From Methanoregula sp. (GTDB lineage: Archaea; Halobacteriota; Methanomicrobia; Methanomicrobiales; Methanospirillaceae), in the NCBI GenBank assembly GCA_041645055.1, contig JBAZQT010000001.1:7842-71841 (forward strand): a DNA stretch of 64,000 nt. Reading direction: 5' to 3'. Below are positions 39,568 to 50,148 of this stretch, piece by piece; the stretch's first letter is position 1, and every line of letters starts with the position of its first letter. The notes under the pieces were generated by a model. It was not told the origin of the DNA, did no database searches, and saw only the letters and a list, made by a program, of their open reading frames with translations. A program made the position numbers and the translations under genes.

Positions 39568-40674
39568 ATGATCAATTCACAGGATTCTACGCTCGATTCC
39601 GCATCTGTACAGGAAAATATCCTTATTGAGAGTGCCGCTGTGGCTCTGGACGAACGCAGGGACGCCGGGCTTGACGGGCTCGTTGGCGGGCTTGACTCGG
39701 TGGTGATCGCAACCGAGACCGACCATCTCGTGCCTGCGGTCTATGAGCTGCTCCGGTATACCGGACTTGCATGCACAGAAGCCTTCTTCGATGTCGATTC
39801 ACAAAGCTACGTGCTTTCCGTTCCCGGCTCGGCATCGCTGATCGTCCGGTCGCGGGGCAGTGCTCAGAACCCGTTTGCTGTCACGAATAAAGGGCAACTG
39901 ACAGGACCCTTTCCCAACACCCGGCTCGAGAGTTTCATCTTTTCCACACCGGATATCAGCGAATATGTGGCCATCCAGAAAGCGCGTGGGATACAGTTCC
40001 TGACTCCCGAACCAATTGTATCCAATTACTTCTCCTTTATCCAGACCGTCCCTTCACCCTACACCGGAAATTCCGTAAGCTTGATAGAATGGCAAGACGA
40101 GATGCGGACCTATGCCCCAACGGGTGCGACCACCATCTCTCCAGATATTATGAAGCCTGAATACAAACACCTGAAAAATATTTCAAAGCTCGATCATGCT
40201 GCAACACGGGTCAGGGCGCAGGACAGGTCTGCCGCTATCTTAGAGTTCCTCTCCTTAACCAACTATCACTACGATTTCGGTGTGCACGTCAAATCTCAAA
40301 ACTCGATCACGAGTGTTGCCCGGCGCGAGAAGGATGATTTTGCCATGGTCTTCACCTCCGGAATCACTCCCTATACCAGTGATGAAACATCCGGGCCTAC
40401 CGAGAAGTTCATCCGGAATTACGGGACCCGGGTGCACCACATGGCATTCCAGACCGAAAAGATCGAAGAGACGGTTGCCCTGCTCAAAAAAGAGGGCATG
40501 GAGTTCCTGCTTGAACTCGTGGGTTCAGAAACGGAAGGACTTAAACAGATCTTCTCCGAACCCTCGCAACACACGCAGATCGTGAACGAATATATTCACC
40601 GCTACGGGAATTTTGACGGGTTTTTTTCCCGGAGCAATGTAGAAAAACTGACTGAAGCAACCGCAAAGCAGTGA
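39568..40674 (+). CDS. VOC-fold, 4-hydroxyphenylpyruvate-dioxygenase-like protein
   Basis: 368 aa. Candidate metal ligands in LDHAATRV, RVHHMAFQT and NEYIHR. The C-terminus GLKQIFSEP...NEYIHRYGNFDGFFSRSNVEKLTEA resembles the HPPD motif LLQIFT...E.IQR....GFG.GNF..LFE.IE. Confidence 0.7.
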   Translation: MINSQDSTLDSASVQENILIESAAVALDERRDAGLDGLVGGLDSVVIATETDHLVPAVYELLRYTGLACTEAFFDVDSQSYVLSVPGSASLIVRSRGSAQNPFAVTNKGQLTGPFPNTRLESFIFSTPDISEYVAIQKARGIQFLTPEPIVSNYFSFIQTVPSPYTGNSVSLIEWQDEMRTYAPTGATTISPDIMKPEYKHLKNISKLDHAATRVRAQDRSAAILEFLSLTNYHYDFGVHVKSQNSITSVARREKDDFAMVFTSGITPYTSDETSGPTEKFIRNYGTRVHHMAFQTEKIEETVALLKKEGMEFLLELVGSETEGLKQIFSEPSQHTQIVNEYIHRYGNFDGFFSRSNVEKLTEATAKQ

Positions 40675-40748
40675 CCCGCCGCCATGAATTATTTTTCTAT
40701 CCCTGATGAAATTCAATTAAGGAAAATCCGTCCAGTTCGGTATCTGCC

Positions 40749-41219
40749 ATGATAGTCATAGGAATTGATCCCGGCGTTGCCCGGCTCGGGTATGGCGTGA
40801 TACAGGTGGACAAAGGAGTGGTAACACCGCTCTGCTACGGGTGCATCCAGACACGGGCGGGCAAGCGACAGGCAGAGCGGTTGTTCGCGATATATACGGA
40901 GATTACGGCACTCTTTGCAAAGTATCCACCGGATTTTCTGGCGATAGAAAAACTATTTTTCACAAAAAATGTCACATCCGCCATGAGCGTGAGCGAGGTA
41001 AGGGGGGTGATACTCCTTGCCGCAGAGCAGCACCATATTCCGGTTGAAGAGTATACGCCAAACCAGATTAAACAGGCAATTACCGGATCCGGGCGGGCGG
41101 ACAAGGTGCAGATGCAGGAGATGATCAAGCGCCTGCTTCATCTCGATGAGATTCCCAAACCGGATGATGCTGCCGATGGTCTTTCGATTGCCTTATGTCA
41201 TATCCACATCATGAGATAG
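40749..41219 (+). CDS. ruvC: Crossover junction endodeoxyribonuclease RuvC
   Basis: 156 aa. MIVIGIDPG....GYGVI.., ..LAIEKLFF.KN..SA..V...RGV, ..Y.P.QIKQA.TG.G.A.K.Q.., and PDDAADGLSIALCH contain the catalytic D/E/D/D residues. Confidence 0.9.
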   Translation: MIVIGIDPGVARLGYGVIQVDKGVVTPLCYGCIQTRAGKRQAERLFAIYTEITALFAKYPPDFLAIEKLFFTKNVTSAMSVSEVRGVILLAAEQHHIPVEEYTPNQIKQAITGSGRADKVQMQEMIKRLLHLDEIPKPDDAADGLSIALCHIHIMR

Positions 41220-41223
41220 TACA

Positions 41224-41820
41224 ATGATCGCGCATCTGTACGGTGAACCGGTCCAGACGGGAGACCGGTGGGTGGTACTGGACGTCAACGGCATCGGGTA
41301 CCGCGTCTTTGTTCCCCAGCCCTCGGTACAGGAGATTTCTGGGCGCAAGGGAAAGATAAAACTCTTCACCCACATGGCGGTGCGGGAGGATGCCATCACC
41401 CTGTACGGGTTCCTCCACGGCAGCGAGCGGGAAATATTTTCCATCCTCATCGGGGTCTCGGGGATCGGTCCCCAGACGGCACTCAATATCCTCTCCCAGA
41501 TCACAATCGAGGATCTTGTCATGGCCATCCTCTCCGAGGATGAAAAGAGCCTGACACGAATTTCCGGGATCGGGAGTAAGGGCGCAAAGCGGCTCATCCT
41601 TGAACTCCGGGACAAGATCAAAAAAGTACGCGATTCCATGCCACCGGCAGGTGCCGGTAAAGCAGATCACCTGATCCATGATGCCGCCAGTGCACTCATC
41701 TCGCTCGGGTTTGCCGAGAAAGACTCGTACGATGCGGTCAGGATCTCTGCCGCAGGATTGAAAGAACCGTCCATCCAGACCTTAATCAAAGCGGCGCTGG
41801 TAACCCTCAAAGAGCATTGA
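41224..41820 (+). CDS. ruvA: Holliday junction DNA helicase subunit RuvA
   Basis: 198 aa. MIAHLYGE.....[15 protein letters not shown], then helix-hairpin-helix motifs [13 protein letters not shown] and L..I.GIG.K.A.RLILEL. Confidence 0.9.
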   Translation: MIAHLYGEPVQTGDRWVVLDVNGIGYRVFVPQPSVQEISGRKGKIKLFTHMAVREDAITLYGFLHGSEREIFSILIGVSGIGPQTALNILSQITIEDLVMAILSEDEKSLTRISGIGSKGAKRLILELRDKIKKVRDSMPPAGAGKADHLIHDAASALISLGFAEKDSYDAVRISAAGLKEPSIQTLIKAALVTLKEH

Positions 41821-42827
41821 CAACCATGAGCGAGCGGATTATTTCTCCCGAACCCCTGGCGGATGATGGCGAGGAGCTCACGCTGCGGCCGGCCTCGCTC
41901 GATACGTTCATCGGACAGGATCAGGTAAAAGAGACATTGAAGATCGCCATCCAGGCAGCGAAGATCCGAAGCGAACCGCTCGACCATATCCTGTTCTCAG
42001 GACCCCCGGGACTCGGCAAGACCACCCTCGCATATATTATTGCCAACGAGATGGGAGCGACCATCAGGACGACGACGGGCCCGGTGCTCGAAAAACCCGG
42101 GGATGTCGCGGCACTGGCCACTGCACTGAAAGAAGGGGATGTACTCTTCATCGATGAGATTCATCGCATGAACCCGGTGGTTGAAGAGATTCTTTACCCG
42201 GCGATGGAAGATTTCTTCATCGATGTGATGATCGGTGAAGGCCCGAGCGCCCGTTCGATTAAACTCGAACTCGAACACTTCACTCTTATTGGGGCAACCA
42301 CCCGGCAGGGCCTGCTGAGTTCGCCGTTCCGGGACCGGTTCGGCATCATCATCCGCTTAAACCTCTATTCCCCCGCAGAACTTGTCGAGATCATTACACG
42401 GAGCGCCGGTATCTTAAAAATTCCCATCACTCCTGACGGTTCTGAAGCCATTGCCCAGCGGAGCAGGGGGACTCCACGGATCGGCAATCGTCTCTTACGC
42501 AGGGTGCGGGACTTTGCAGTGGTAAAGGGAGATGGCACTATCACCGCAGAGATCGCAAGAGACGCCCTTTCCCTTATGCAGATCGATGAGCTCGGGCTGG
42601 ATGAACTCGACCGGCGCATTCTCTCGGTCATTGCTGAGGATTTCGGGGGCGGTCCGGTCGGGGCAAAGACCATTGCCATATCGGTAGGAGAGGAGACACA
42701 GACGATCGAAGAAGTGTACGAACCGTACCTCATCCAGATCGGTTTTCTCAAGCGAACGCCGCAGGGCAGGCAGACAACTCCCGCAGCGCAACGACACCTG
42801 AAAAATCCCCAGAAGACGTTATTCTGA
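41817..42827 (+). CDS. ruvB: Holliday junction ATP-dependent DNA helicase RuvB
   Basis: 336 aa. LRP..LD.FIGQ..VKE.L, Walker [12 protein letters not shown], Walker [10 protein letters not shown], sensor GATTR.G.L..PLRDRFG, and [17 protein letters not shown]. Confidence 0.95.
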   Translation: MTTMSERIISPEPLADDGEELTLRPASLDTFIGQDQVKETLKIAIQAAKIRSEPLDHILFSGPPGLGKTTLAYIIANEMGATIRTTTGPVLEKPGDVAALATALKEGDVLFIDEIHRMNPVVEEILYPAMEDFFIDVMIGEGPSARSIKLELEHFTLIGATTRQGLLSSPFRDRFGIIIRLNLYSPAELVEIITRSAGILKIPITPDGSEAIAQRSRGTPRIGNRLLRRVRDFAVVKGDGTITAEIARDALSLMQIDELGLDELDRRILSVIAEDFGGGPVGAKTIAISVGEETQTIEEVYEPYLIQIGFLKRTPQGRQTTPAAQRHLKNPQKTLF

Positions 42828-42956
42828 AGAAGAATCTACCGGAAAATCCTGGGCTGCACAAGGGAGGATTCGTTGCAATTTTTGCATTACTTCCATTTTT
42901 TTAGAAGTCAACGCCAGATTCATCATCTTTTCCTGTGTAAAGAATCCTGATCAACT

Positions 42957-45110
42957 ATGTCATACAGGAAACACACCCTGATCGTACTTACCACGCTCAT
43001 GCTCATTCTCGCCGCTGTCATTGCCAGCGGATGCATGAGCACAACGGTAACAACACCAGCATCGGCAGGGGATATCAAAAAATTCAGTTCAGCGGATGAG
43101 ATCCGCAATTACATCAAGAACAATACGCAGCTCGCAGAGGGGGCTGGTTACACCACAGATGGGGCGTGGTCAACGGATCGCATGGTTGCTGTCCCGGCCG
43201 TGGCAATGGCCGAGTCATCGGCAAAGGGAGCCACCCAATCCGCTGCACTCCCGTCAGCCGTGGGTGCCGGATCGACGGGCTACTCAGAGACCAATGTGCA
43301 GGTTGCCGGTGTCGATGAACCGGACTTTGTCAAGAACGATGCCCGGTACATCTACGTGATCTCGGGCAGCACGCTTACAATCGTGGATGTGTACCCGGCA
43401 TCATCAGCTTCAATCCTTTCAAAGACCGAACTGGAAGATACACCCAAGGAGATCTTCATCAACGGTGACCGGCTCATACTTTTAAAAACCGGCACGTCAG
43501 AACTTTCTGTAAGTGAAACGCCGCAGGGAACAGCTGTTGCTTCTAAGGTCGCGATGATGCCGCGGTACCCGTATTACCGTACTGCACCGGTCACCCATGC
43601 GGTCTTCTACGATATCAGTGACCGGGCCCACCCAAAGCTGCTCAAAGATTATACTATTGACGGCGATTACGTGGACGCACGGATGATTGGAAGCACGGTA
43701 TACCTGCTCTCCCGCGAATCGGTGTACCCGTACAATGACCGGATCATCGTCCCTGCAGTACGGGAGAATTCGAAATTAGTCATTACACCGGATGTCTACT
43801 ACTTCGATAACCCCGAACGCCAGTATGACTTTACCACCGTCACTTCGTTTGATGCCGGCAACGGGGCAACGAAAGATGCAAAGACGTACCTCGTCGGCAG
43901 CGGCAACATCGTCTACGTTTCACCCGATGCAATGTACGTGAGCTACCAGAAGTACCACAACGTCTACCGCACGATGCGGGGCGGGGCGGAACCTGCCATT
44001 GGCATGGCGCAGGGTTCGGGGGTATCGTCTGGCAGTGCAGCGCCGGTATCAGTGTCCTCAATTGTCCAGGATTTCAATACCATGAACGAGGCGGACAAAC
44101 AGGCAGCCATCGCAGAGTTAAAGAGCGGTGAGCAGGAAGCGATCCGCAAGAAAGAGATCGACCAGACAACAACGGTAATCCACAAGATCGGGATCAACAA
44201 TGGTGCGATCAACTACCTGGCAAAAGGTGAAGTGCCGGGGTATCTCAAGAACCAGTTCGCCATGGACGAGTATAACGGCAACCTCCGGGTTGCAACCACG
44301 TCCAGTGTCTATACGACAAAGGGACAGTACGAGTACAACAACGTGTTTGTGCTGGACAGTGCGATGAAAATGATCGGGTCACTCACGCACATCGCCGAGC
44401 AGGAGAAGATCTACTCAACCCGGTTTATCGGCGACCGGCTCTACATGGTCACATTCAAACGCGTAGACCCGTTCTTTGTGATCGATCTCTCGACACCAAC
44501 AAGCCCAAAGATACTTGGCAAGCTCAAGATCCCCGGTTACTCGGATTACCTCCACCCGTACGATAAGAACCTCATCATCGGGATTGGAAAGGAGACCGCA
44601 GCCAATGACTGGGGCGGTGTCTCCACCCAGGGTCTGAAACTGGCTCTCTTCGATGTCTCGGATGTCGATCACCCCCGACAGGTAGGGAAAGTCGAGATCG
44701 GCGATGCCGGTTCGGACTCCGCAGCCCTGTCAGATCACAAAGCGTTCCTCTTTGACAAGGCAAAGAACCTGCTCGTGATCCCGGCCCGGGTCGTTAAGCA
44801 AAATGCAGTGCAGGATCAGAAGCTCAGCGGCGATCAGCCACAAGTCTGGTACGGTGCATACGTCTTTGGAGTAAATCCTGATACCGGGTTTGTCCTCAGG
44901 GGCACGGTCGAGCACGGTACGGGAGGCAGCGGATATTATTACTATGGCAGCTCGCGAAATGAAGTGAAACGCTCGCTCTATATCGGGGACACACTTTACA
45001 CACTCTCGTCAGCGAAGATCCTTGCAAACCCGTTAAGCCAGATCAATACAACCGTTGCGACGATTAAGCTGGACGGGAAGGATGATGTCCTCTATCCGGT
45101 TATGAAATAA
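42957..45110 (+). CDS. Secreted beta-propeller domain protein (Beta_propel-type family)
   Basis: 717 aa. N-terminal anchor ending SGC. Motifs TNVQVAGVDEPDFVKNDARYIYV, STRFIGDRLYMVTFKRVDPFFVIDLS.P..PKILG.LKIPGYSDYLHPYD, and G.KLALFDVSDV..P. Confidence 0.8.
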   Translation: MSYRKHTLIVLTTLMLILAAVIASGCMSTTVTTPASAGDIKKFSSADEIRNYIKNNTQLAEGAGYTTDGAWSTDRMVAVPAVAMAESSAKGATQSAALPSAVGAGSTGYSETNVQVAGVDEPDFVKNDARYIYVISGSTLTIVDVYPASSASILSKTELEDTPKEIFINGDRLILLKTGTSELSVSETPQGTAVASKVAMMPRYPYYRTAPVTHAVFYDISDRAHPKLLKDYTIDGDYVDARMIGSTVYLLSRESVYPYNDRIIVPAVRENSKLVITPDVYYFDNPERQYDFTTVTSFDAGNGATKDAKTYLVGSGNIVYVSPDAMYVSYQKYHNVYRTMRGGAEPAIGMAQGSGVSSGSAAPVSVSSIVQDFNTMNEADKQAAIAELKSGEQEAIRKKEIDQTTTVIHKIGINNGAINYLAKGEVPGYLKNQFAMDEYNGNLRVATTSSVYTTKGQYEYNNVFVLDSAMKMIGSLTHIAEQEKIYSTRFIGDRLYMVTFKRVDPFFVIDLSTPTSPKILGKLKIPGYSDYLHPYDKNLIIGIGKETAANDWGGVSTQGLKLALFDVSDVDHPRQVGKVEIGDAGSDSAALSDHKAFLFDKAKNLLVIPARVVKQNAVQDQKLSGDQPQVWYGAYVFGVNPDTGFVLRGTVEHGTGGSGYYYYGSSRNEVKRSLYIGDTLYTLSSAKILANPLSQINTTVATIKLDGKDDVLYPVMK

Positions 45111-45139
45111 TTAAAAACCAAAAAAAAAAATTTATTTTT

Positions 45140-45646
45140 TTATGCCGGCTGGGCATTCATGTTCGCCGGAATCAAGCGCCGCAGAATCAGTTCAGGAACC
45201 TGTTGTGAGGTCTTGACCGTCATATCGAAATTCGCATTGTTTCCGGTTGATCCAAGATATGTAAGGGTAATCTGGAAATCCGTATCGAGAGCAGGCAAAC
45301 CCATAACCGTGATTTTCGCATGCTTGGGATTGATGACCCGCGGATTGCCCACGACCAGTTTTTCCCTGGTTCCGTCGACATCGGCAATCAGTTCGTTGTT
45401 AAATGAAGTAACGAGGATGCGACTGCTGCCAATATTGATGGGCTGACCATCCGGCAGGGTGACACGATAGGTTGTGACATAGGGAAAAGAAGTCCCGGTC
45501 TGTGATTCGACTACCGCTACGGTCAACGTGACAACGGCAAGGACACATACGACTGCGATTAAAGCCAGGATCCCCACCAGGACCTTTGTTCCGGTGCTCC
45601 ATCCCTTCGTGCTGTTTTGTTCAGCGTGTGCAGGAATATTCGACAT
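45140..45646 (-). CDS. Single-pass membrane-anchored hypothetical protein
   Basis: 168 aa with an N-terminal TM helix (VLVGILALIAVVCVLAVVTLTVAVV) and a beta-rich ectodomain. Confidence 0.55.
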   Translation of the reverse strand: MSNIPAHAEQNSTKGWSTGTKVLVGILALIAVVCVLAVVTLTVAVVESQTGTSFPYVTTYRVTLPDGQPINIGSSRILVTSFNNELIADVDGTREKLVVGNPRVINPKHAKITVMGLPALDTDFQITLTYLGSTGNNANFDMTVKTSQQVPELILRRLIPANMNAQPA

Positions 45647-45792
45647 GATTGTCTCCTAGTGTACAGGAGAGAGAGAACTATTTACGGGTTTTGGATTATG
45701 AGCGGGCTTAATAATCGCACCAGTTCTTTTTTAAATCCGGTATTTCCCATAAAGTCCATAATATCCTGCACCCCATAGTTATAGGATTTTAA

Positions 45793-47085
45793 ATGCGCAT
45801 ACCCATAAAGTCAGTCACACCGGAAACCGGGCACGCGGAAGTCTGCGGCTTTGTCCATGAGGTCAGGGATCTCGGCGGCCTTTCCTTCTTTTTGATCCGC
45901 GACCGTACCGGCATACTCCAGGTGACCATCCCCAAGAAGAAAGTCAGTGAAGCGGTCCTTGCCGCGGCAAAAGCCGTCTCCCGCGAATCCGTAGTGCGGG
46001 TCAGCGGACCGGTCAAGGCCGTTGACAAAGCACCCGGCGGGCGTGAACTCGTGCCGGAGACATTCGAGATCATCAGCCTTGCCGAAACCCCGCTGCCGCT
46101 CGATGTGTCGGAGAAAGTATCCGTAGAACTCGACACCCGGCTCGATGGCCGGTTCCTCGATGTGCGGAGACCCCGCGTTGCCGCAGTCTTTGCGATCCGC
46201 AGCGCTGCGATGCACGCACTCAATAATTATTTCCACCACGAAGGATTCATCTCGATCACCACCCCCAAGATCGTAGCCGCCGCAACCGAAGGCGGGACAG
46301 AACTTTTCCCGATCGCATACTTCGATAAGGAAGCCTACCTCAACCAGAGCCCACAGCTCTTCAAGCAGATGATGATGGCAGCGGGCTGCGAGAAAGTGTA
46401 CGAGATCGGACCGATCTTCCGTGCCGAGGAGCACAATACCACCAAGCACCTCAACGAGGCAACGAGTATCGATATCGAAGTCTCGTACGCCGATCACATC
46501 GAAGTGATGCGTATTTTGGAAGATGTTCTGATAAAAACCTACGAGTACGTGGACAAGACCTGCTCCGACCATCTCGCGAATATGGATATCACCGACTTTA
46601 CGGTGCCCAAGGGCCCGTTCCCCCGGCTTCCCTACAGCGAAGCAATCGAGATCGCTGCAAAGAAGATCGAGGATCCGATCAAGTATGGTGACGACATCGG
46701 CAGCGCTGCCGAGCGGGCGATCGGCGCCGAGATGGGAGGCCACTACTTTATCGTGGACTGGCCCACCGAGATCCGGCCCTACTACGCGATGCCCTACGAG
46801 AACGATCCTACGATCTGCAAGGCGTTCGATCTCATGCACCCGAGGATGGAACTCTCCAGCGGTGCCCAGCGGGTCCATAACCACGACCAGCTCGTGCAGC
46901 AGATTGCAAAGAAGGGGCTCAACCCCGAGAGCTTCGACTTCTACTTAAAGCCGTTCCGGTACGGCATGCCCCCCCACGCAGGCTGGGGACTGGGCGCAGA
47001 CCGGCTTATCATGACGATGCTGGGATTATCAAACGTCCGCGAGGCGGTCCTCTTCCCCCGCGATATGCACCGGCTCGTGCCGTAA
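45793..47085 (+). CDS. aspS: Aspartate--tRNA ligase, archaeal type
   Basis: 430 aa. OB-fold N-terminus ([21 protein letters not shown]) and class II motifs ..FRAE.., ..GG.R.H.., ..GLG.DR.. Confidence 0.95.
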   Translation: MRIPIKSVTPETGHAEVCGFVHEVRDLGGLSFFLIRDRTGILQVTIPKKKVSEAVLAAAKAVSRESVVRVSGPVKAVDKAPGGRELVPETFEIISLAETPLPLDVSEKVSVELDTRLDGRFLDVRRPRVAAVFAIRSAAMHALNNYFHHEGFISITTPKIVAAATEGGTELFPIAYFDKEAYLNQSPQLFKQMMMAAGCEKVYEIGPIFRAEEHNTTKHLNEATSIDIEVSYADHIEVMRILEDVLIKTYEYVDKTCSDHLANMDITDFTVPKGPFPRLPYSEAIEIAAKKIEDPIKYGDDIGSAAERAIGAEMGGHYFIVDWPTEIRPYYAMPYENDPTICKAFDLMHPRMELSSGAQRVHNHDQLVQQIAKKGLNPESFDFYLKPFRYGMPPHAGWGLGADRLIMTMLGLSNVREAVLFPRDMHRLVP

Positions 47086-47154
47086 TACCCTGACCAATTA
47101 CTATTTTTGCATCCGGATCAAAAGGGAGTACCAAAAAGGAGATGTGGACCGGTT

Positions 47155-48060
47155 ATGGCAAAGGAATATTTCATCAATAAAGTGCTGGCGACAACCGTGG
47201 TGGGCAGTTACCCGGTAGTCAAAGGCGGGGGTTTAAAGAGCCTCTTTGATCCGCTCCACTCAGCAGTCGAGACTGCGGTTGCCGACCAGATCAAAGCCGG
47301 TATCGATATCATATCAGACGGCCAGGTGCGGGGCGATATGATCGGTGCGTTCACCGCAAAACTACCTGGCATCCGGGAGCAGCAGGTAATCGGCAAGGTG
47401 CAGCCGGCCGATGGGCCAATAACCGTGGCAGATTCGAAATATGCCCTGACCAAATCCCCGAAAGTAAAAGGCATCATCACCGGACCATCCTCGCTCGCCC
47501 ACGGCCTGCACATCAGCACACCGATGTACCGGAACAAGGAGGAACTCGCCCTCGATCTTGCCGCAGCCCTCATTGTCGAAGCCCGCAATCTGGAAGCAGC
47601 AGGTGTCACCCTGCTCCAGATCGATGAACCAATCTTTTCGACCGGCATCGCAGACTTAAACGTGGGAAAACAGGCGGTAGAAGCAATCACGGCCGCAGTC
47701 CATATACCGACCTGCATGCATGTCTGCGGGGGCCTGGGCAATGTAATCGATGAGATCCTGAAATTCAACGTGAACGTGTTCGACTTCGAATTTGCCAACA
47801 ATACGGCCAACATCGACCTCCTCTCCCGGCGGGACCTTGGCGGGCGGATGATCGGATTCGGCTGCGTGGACTCATCGATCGATCAGGTTGAGACCGTCCC
47901 CGAGATCCGGAAGCGGATCGAAAAAGGTGTGGAGATTTTCGGGCCTAAGACAATGCTCATCGATCCCGACTGCGGGATGAGGATGCGGAGCCGCGAGTCG
48001 GCCTACTGGAAACTCAAGAACATGTGCGAAGCCGCAAAAGAAGTAAGGATCGCGCTCTGA
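47155..48060 (+). CDS. Cobalamin-independent methionine synthase catalytic-domain homologue (MetE-like methyltransferase of methanogens)
   Basis: 301 aa from ATG 47155 (MAKEYFINKVLATTVVGSYP..). Zinc-ligand context ..HVCGG.. and ..IDPDCGM... Confidence 0.8.
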   Translation: MAKEYFINKVLATTVVGSYPVVKGGGLKSLFDPLHSAVETAVADQIKAGIDIISDGQVRGDMIGAFTAKLPGIREQQVIGKVQPADGPITVADSKYALTKSPKVKGIITGPSSLAHGLHISTPMYRNKEELALDLAAALIVEARNLEAAGVTLLQIDEPIFSTGIADLNVGKQAVEAITAAVHIPTCMHVCGGLGNVIDEILKFNVNVFDFEFANNTANIDLLSRRDLGGRMIGFGCVDSSIDQVETVPEIRKRIEKGVEIFGPKTMLIDPDCGMRMRSRESAYWKLKNMCEAAKEVRIAL

Positions 48061-48170
48061 AACGCATTATAAAAAAATTCTACTGGGATCCATTTCTCAT
48101 CAGCTTTTTTTTAAAAATCATATCAATAGCTTCATCGTTTATCGCACTACCAAATATTTCACGAGAAGTT

Positions 48171-48917
48171 ATGGTAAAGATATGCAGCAGCTGCGGAACC
48201 AGGACGGCAGATGACCAGGCCCGTTTCTGTAACAAGTGTGGTTGCCCGTTCCCGCAACCCCCGCCGGAAATATCCACAGTACCACAACAGAGACAGCCTC
48301 CGGTATCAGCAGTATCCCGGAACACCCCCGGGAGTATGCCCCGCCAGGCACGAACCACCGGAAAAAGATCGGGCAATAAAAAAACCGGCAGGACCGGGCC
48401 GCTGCCATTTAAGACACTCGTTACGGGAAAATATCTCCGGCTCATCTACCTTGCCGGGGCGATCGTGATTATCCTGGTTTCCCTGCTGGGAATCAATGCA
48501 GGTTTTTCAAAAACCGGGTCCGGGGCTGCCACTATATCGTTTACCAACACCACGGCCCTCGTGGAAAATCCCTCCACCTCACCCCTTTTCTGGATCGGTC
48601 TTCTCATCTTCGGGAACCTGGTGTGGAGGATCTTCTGCGAACTGGCTGCCATGGTTTTCCGGATATATGATACCATCCGCTGCGCGGAAGAGGCCGGCCC
48701 TGACGATGCACCGGAATACCACAAAGAAGAAGCTTCGGGGTATGGTGCAGAGGAGGGCGGGGAGTATGTCGAATGCCCGCACTGTTCTAAGATTGTCCCT
48801 GCTGACCAGGTACGGGAATGCGAGGTCTGCGGAGTGCAGGGATGCAGCAGCTGTATCCGGCTCATGGGGCTGCTTAAGAAAAAGATGACGTGCAGGGAGT
48901 GCTTTGACAATAAGTAA
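48171..48917 (+). CDS. Zinc-ribbon membrane protein, hypothetical
   Basis: 248 aa from ATG 48171. N-terminal ribbon CSSCG..FCNKCG, a P/Q/R-rich linker, two TM helices, and C-terminal CPHC..CEVCG..CSSC..C.EC clusters. Confidence 0.6.
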   Translation: MVKICSSCGTRTADDQARFCNKCGCPFPQPPPEISTVPQQRQPPVSAVSRNTPGSMPRQARTTGKRSGNKKTGRTGPLPFKTLVTGKYLRLIYLAGAIVIILVSLLGINAGFSKTGSGAATISFTNTTALVENPSTSPLFWIGLLIFGNLVWRIFCELAAMVFRIYDTIRCAEEAGPDDAPEYHKEEASGYGAEEGGEYVECPHCSKIVPADQVRECEVCGVQGCSSCIRLMGLLKKKMTCRECFDNK

Positions 48918-49106
48918 TTTTTTTAGTCTACTCAAAACCTGGGCACGTATGCAGTTCCCCACAAAAGACCAACTCGCGTTGTAAGTATTTTAGAAATTTT
49001 TTATTTTTTTTATTTTTTCTCGCGTTAGCGAAGAATTATTTTCCAGCCTCGCCTACTAAGCACAACCCGGTTTTCCTGTGGATACACCGGATACGAGGAG
49101 TTCTCA

Positions 49107-49964
49107 ATGAACAATAAACTGATAGCAATTCTGGCGATTGTCTTTACTATCTGCCTTCTCGCGGTGGCGGGATGTACAAATACCGCTGGTACCTGTCCGG
49201 CACCTGTCACAACAACCCAGCCCCATCCGGCGGTATCGTATAATGCAACACCCGTCAAGTACGCCCAGGTCAACGGGGTTTCGCTTGGGTACCGGGAATT
49301 CGGTTCCGGTGAGCCTCTGCTGATGGTTGAAGGATTTGGCGCAACCATCGATACGTGGAACCAGACCTTTATCGGCATCCTTGCCACAAAATACCATGTC
49401 TACACCTACGACCACCGGGGGATGGGCTACAGCAGCGACAACAATGCGACCCCCACCATCCCGCTGTATGCAGAGGACGCTGCCGGGCTGATGACGGCAC
49501 TCGGCTATGACAGTATGCATGTCTATGGGGTTTCGATGGGCTCAACGGTCTCCCAGCAGCTGGTCATCTCGCACCCTGAACGCGTACGGAAACTGGTGCT
49601 CGATTCTGTGACCTACAGCATCCGGATTCCTGAGACCAAGAAACTGCTTCACTTGATCGAAGTAGAGGGAATCGATCCCAACCAGACCGCGGGTGTCCAC
49701 CGGGAGTCACAGGCTAACCTCGCCTGGAACGGTTCGTATGCCAGTCTTTCCGGGATCAACAAGGATGTGATGCTGGTCGTGGGGACAAATGATGTCCTGA
49801 CACCCGAGGCAGTAACGGTCCAGATGGCCGGGCAGATCAATGGCTCGTGGCTCGTGCGATACAAGGGACTCCCGCATGCCGCGTCCCACTATGCTCCTGT
49901 AGATTACGCGAATAATGCACTCGCATTCCTCGGCGGGAATGAGTCGGCGCCGTGGAGTACGTAA
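49107..49964 (+). CDS. Alpha/beta-hydrolase lipoprotein
   Basis: 285 aa. Lipobox LLAVAGC, HG-type region and nucleophile elbow GVSMGS. Confidence 0.8.
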   Translation: MNNKLIAILAIVFTICLLAVAGCTNTAGTCPAPVTTTQPHPAVSYNATPVKYAQVNGVSLGYREFGSGEPLLMVEGFGATIDTWNQTFIGILATKYHVYTYDHRGMGYSSDNNATPTIPLYAEDAAGLMTALGYDSMHVYGVSMGSTVSQQLVISHPERVRKLVLDSVTYSIRIPETKKLLHLIEVEGIDPNQTAGVHRESQANLAWNGSYASLSGINKDVMLVVGTNDVLTPEAVTVQMAGQINGSWLVRYKGLPHAASHYAPVDYANNALAFLGGNESAPWST

Positions 49965-50148
49965 TTTTTTTTAGAGTGTTGCTCGGAAAAATATCCGCCT
50001 TAAATATCTTCAAAACTATTCGCTCTTTTTTTTAGCTGCTTCTTAACAGAGGCATCGTGGAATATTTTTGCCCAGCAAAAAATCCACTACCCCCTCCACC
50101 ACAAACCCGAAATATCCTGCGTTAAAGATACTAAAACAAGGAACCACC

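Noticed and set aside
45811-46884. 357-aa - strand ORF
   Set aside because: It lies entirely antisense to aspS, which has unambiguous class II synthetase motifs. The translation has no recognisable features.
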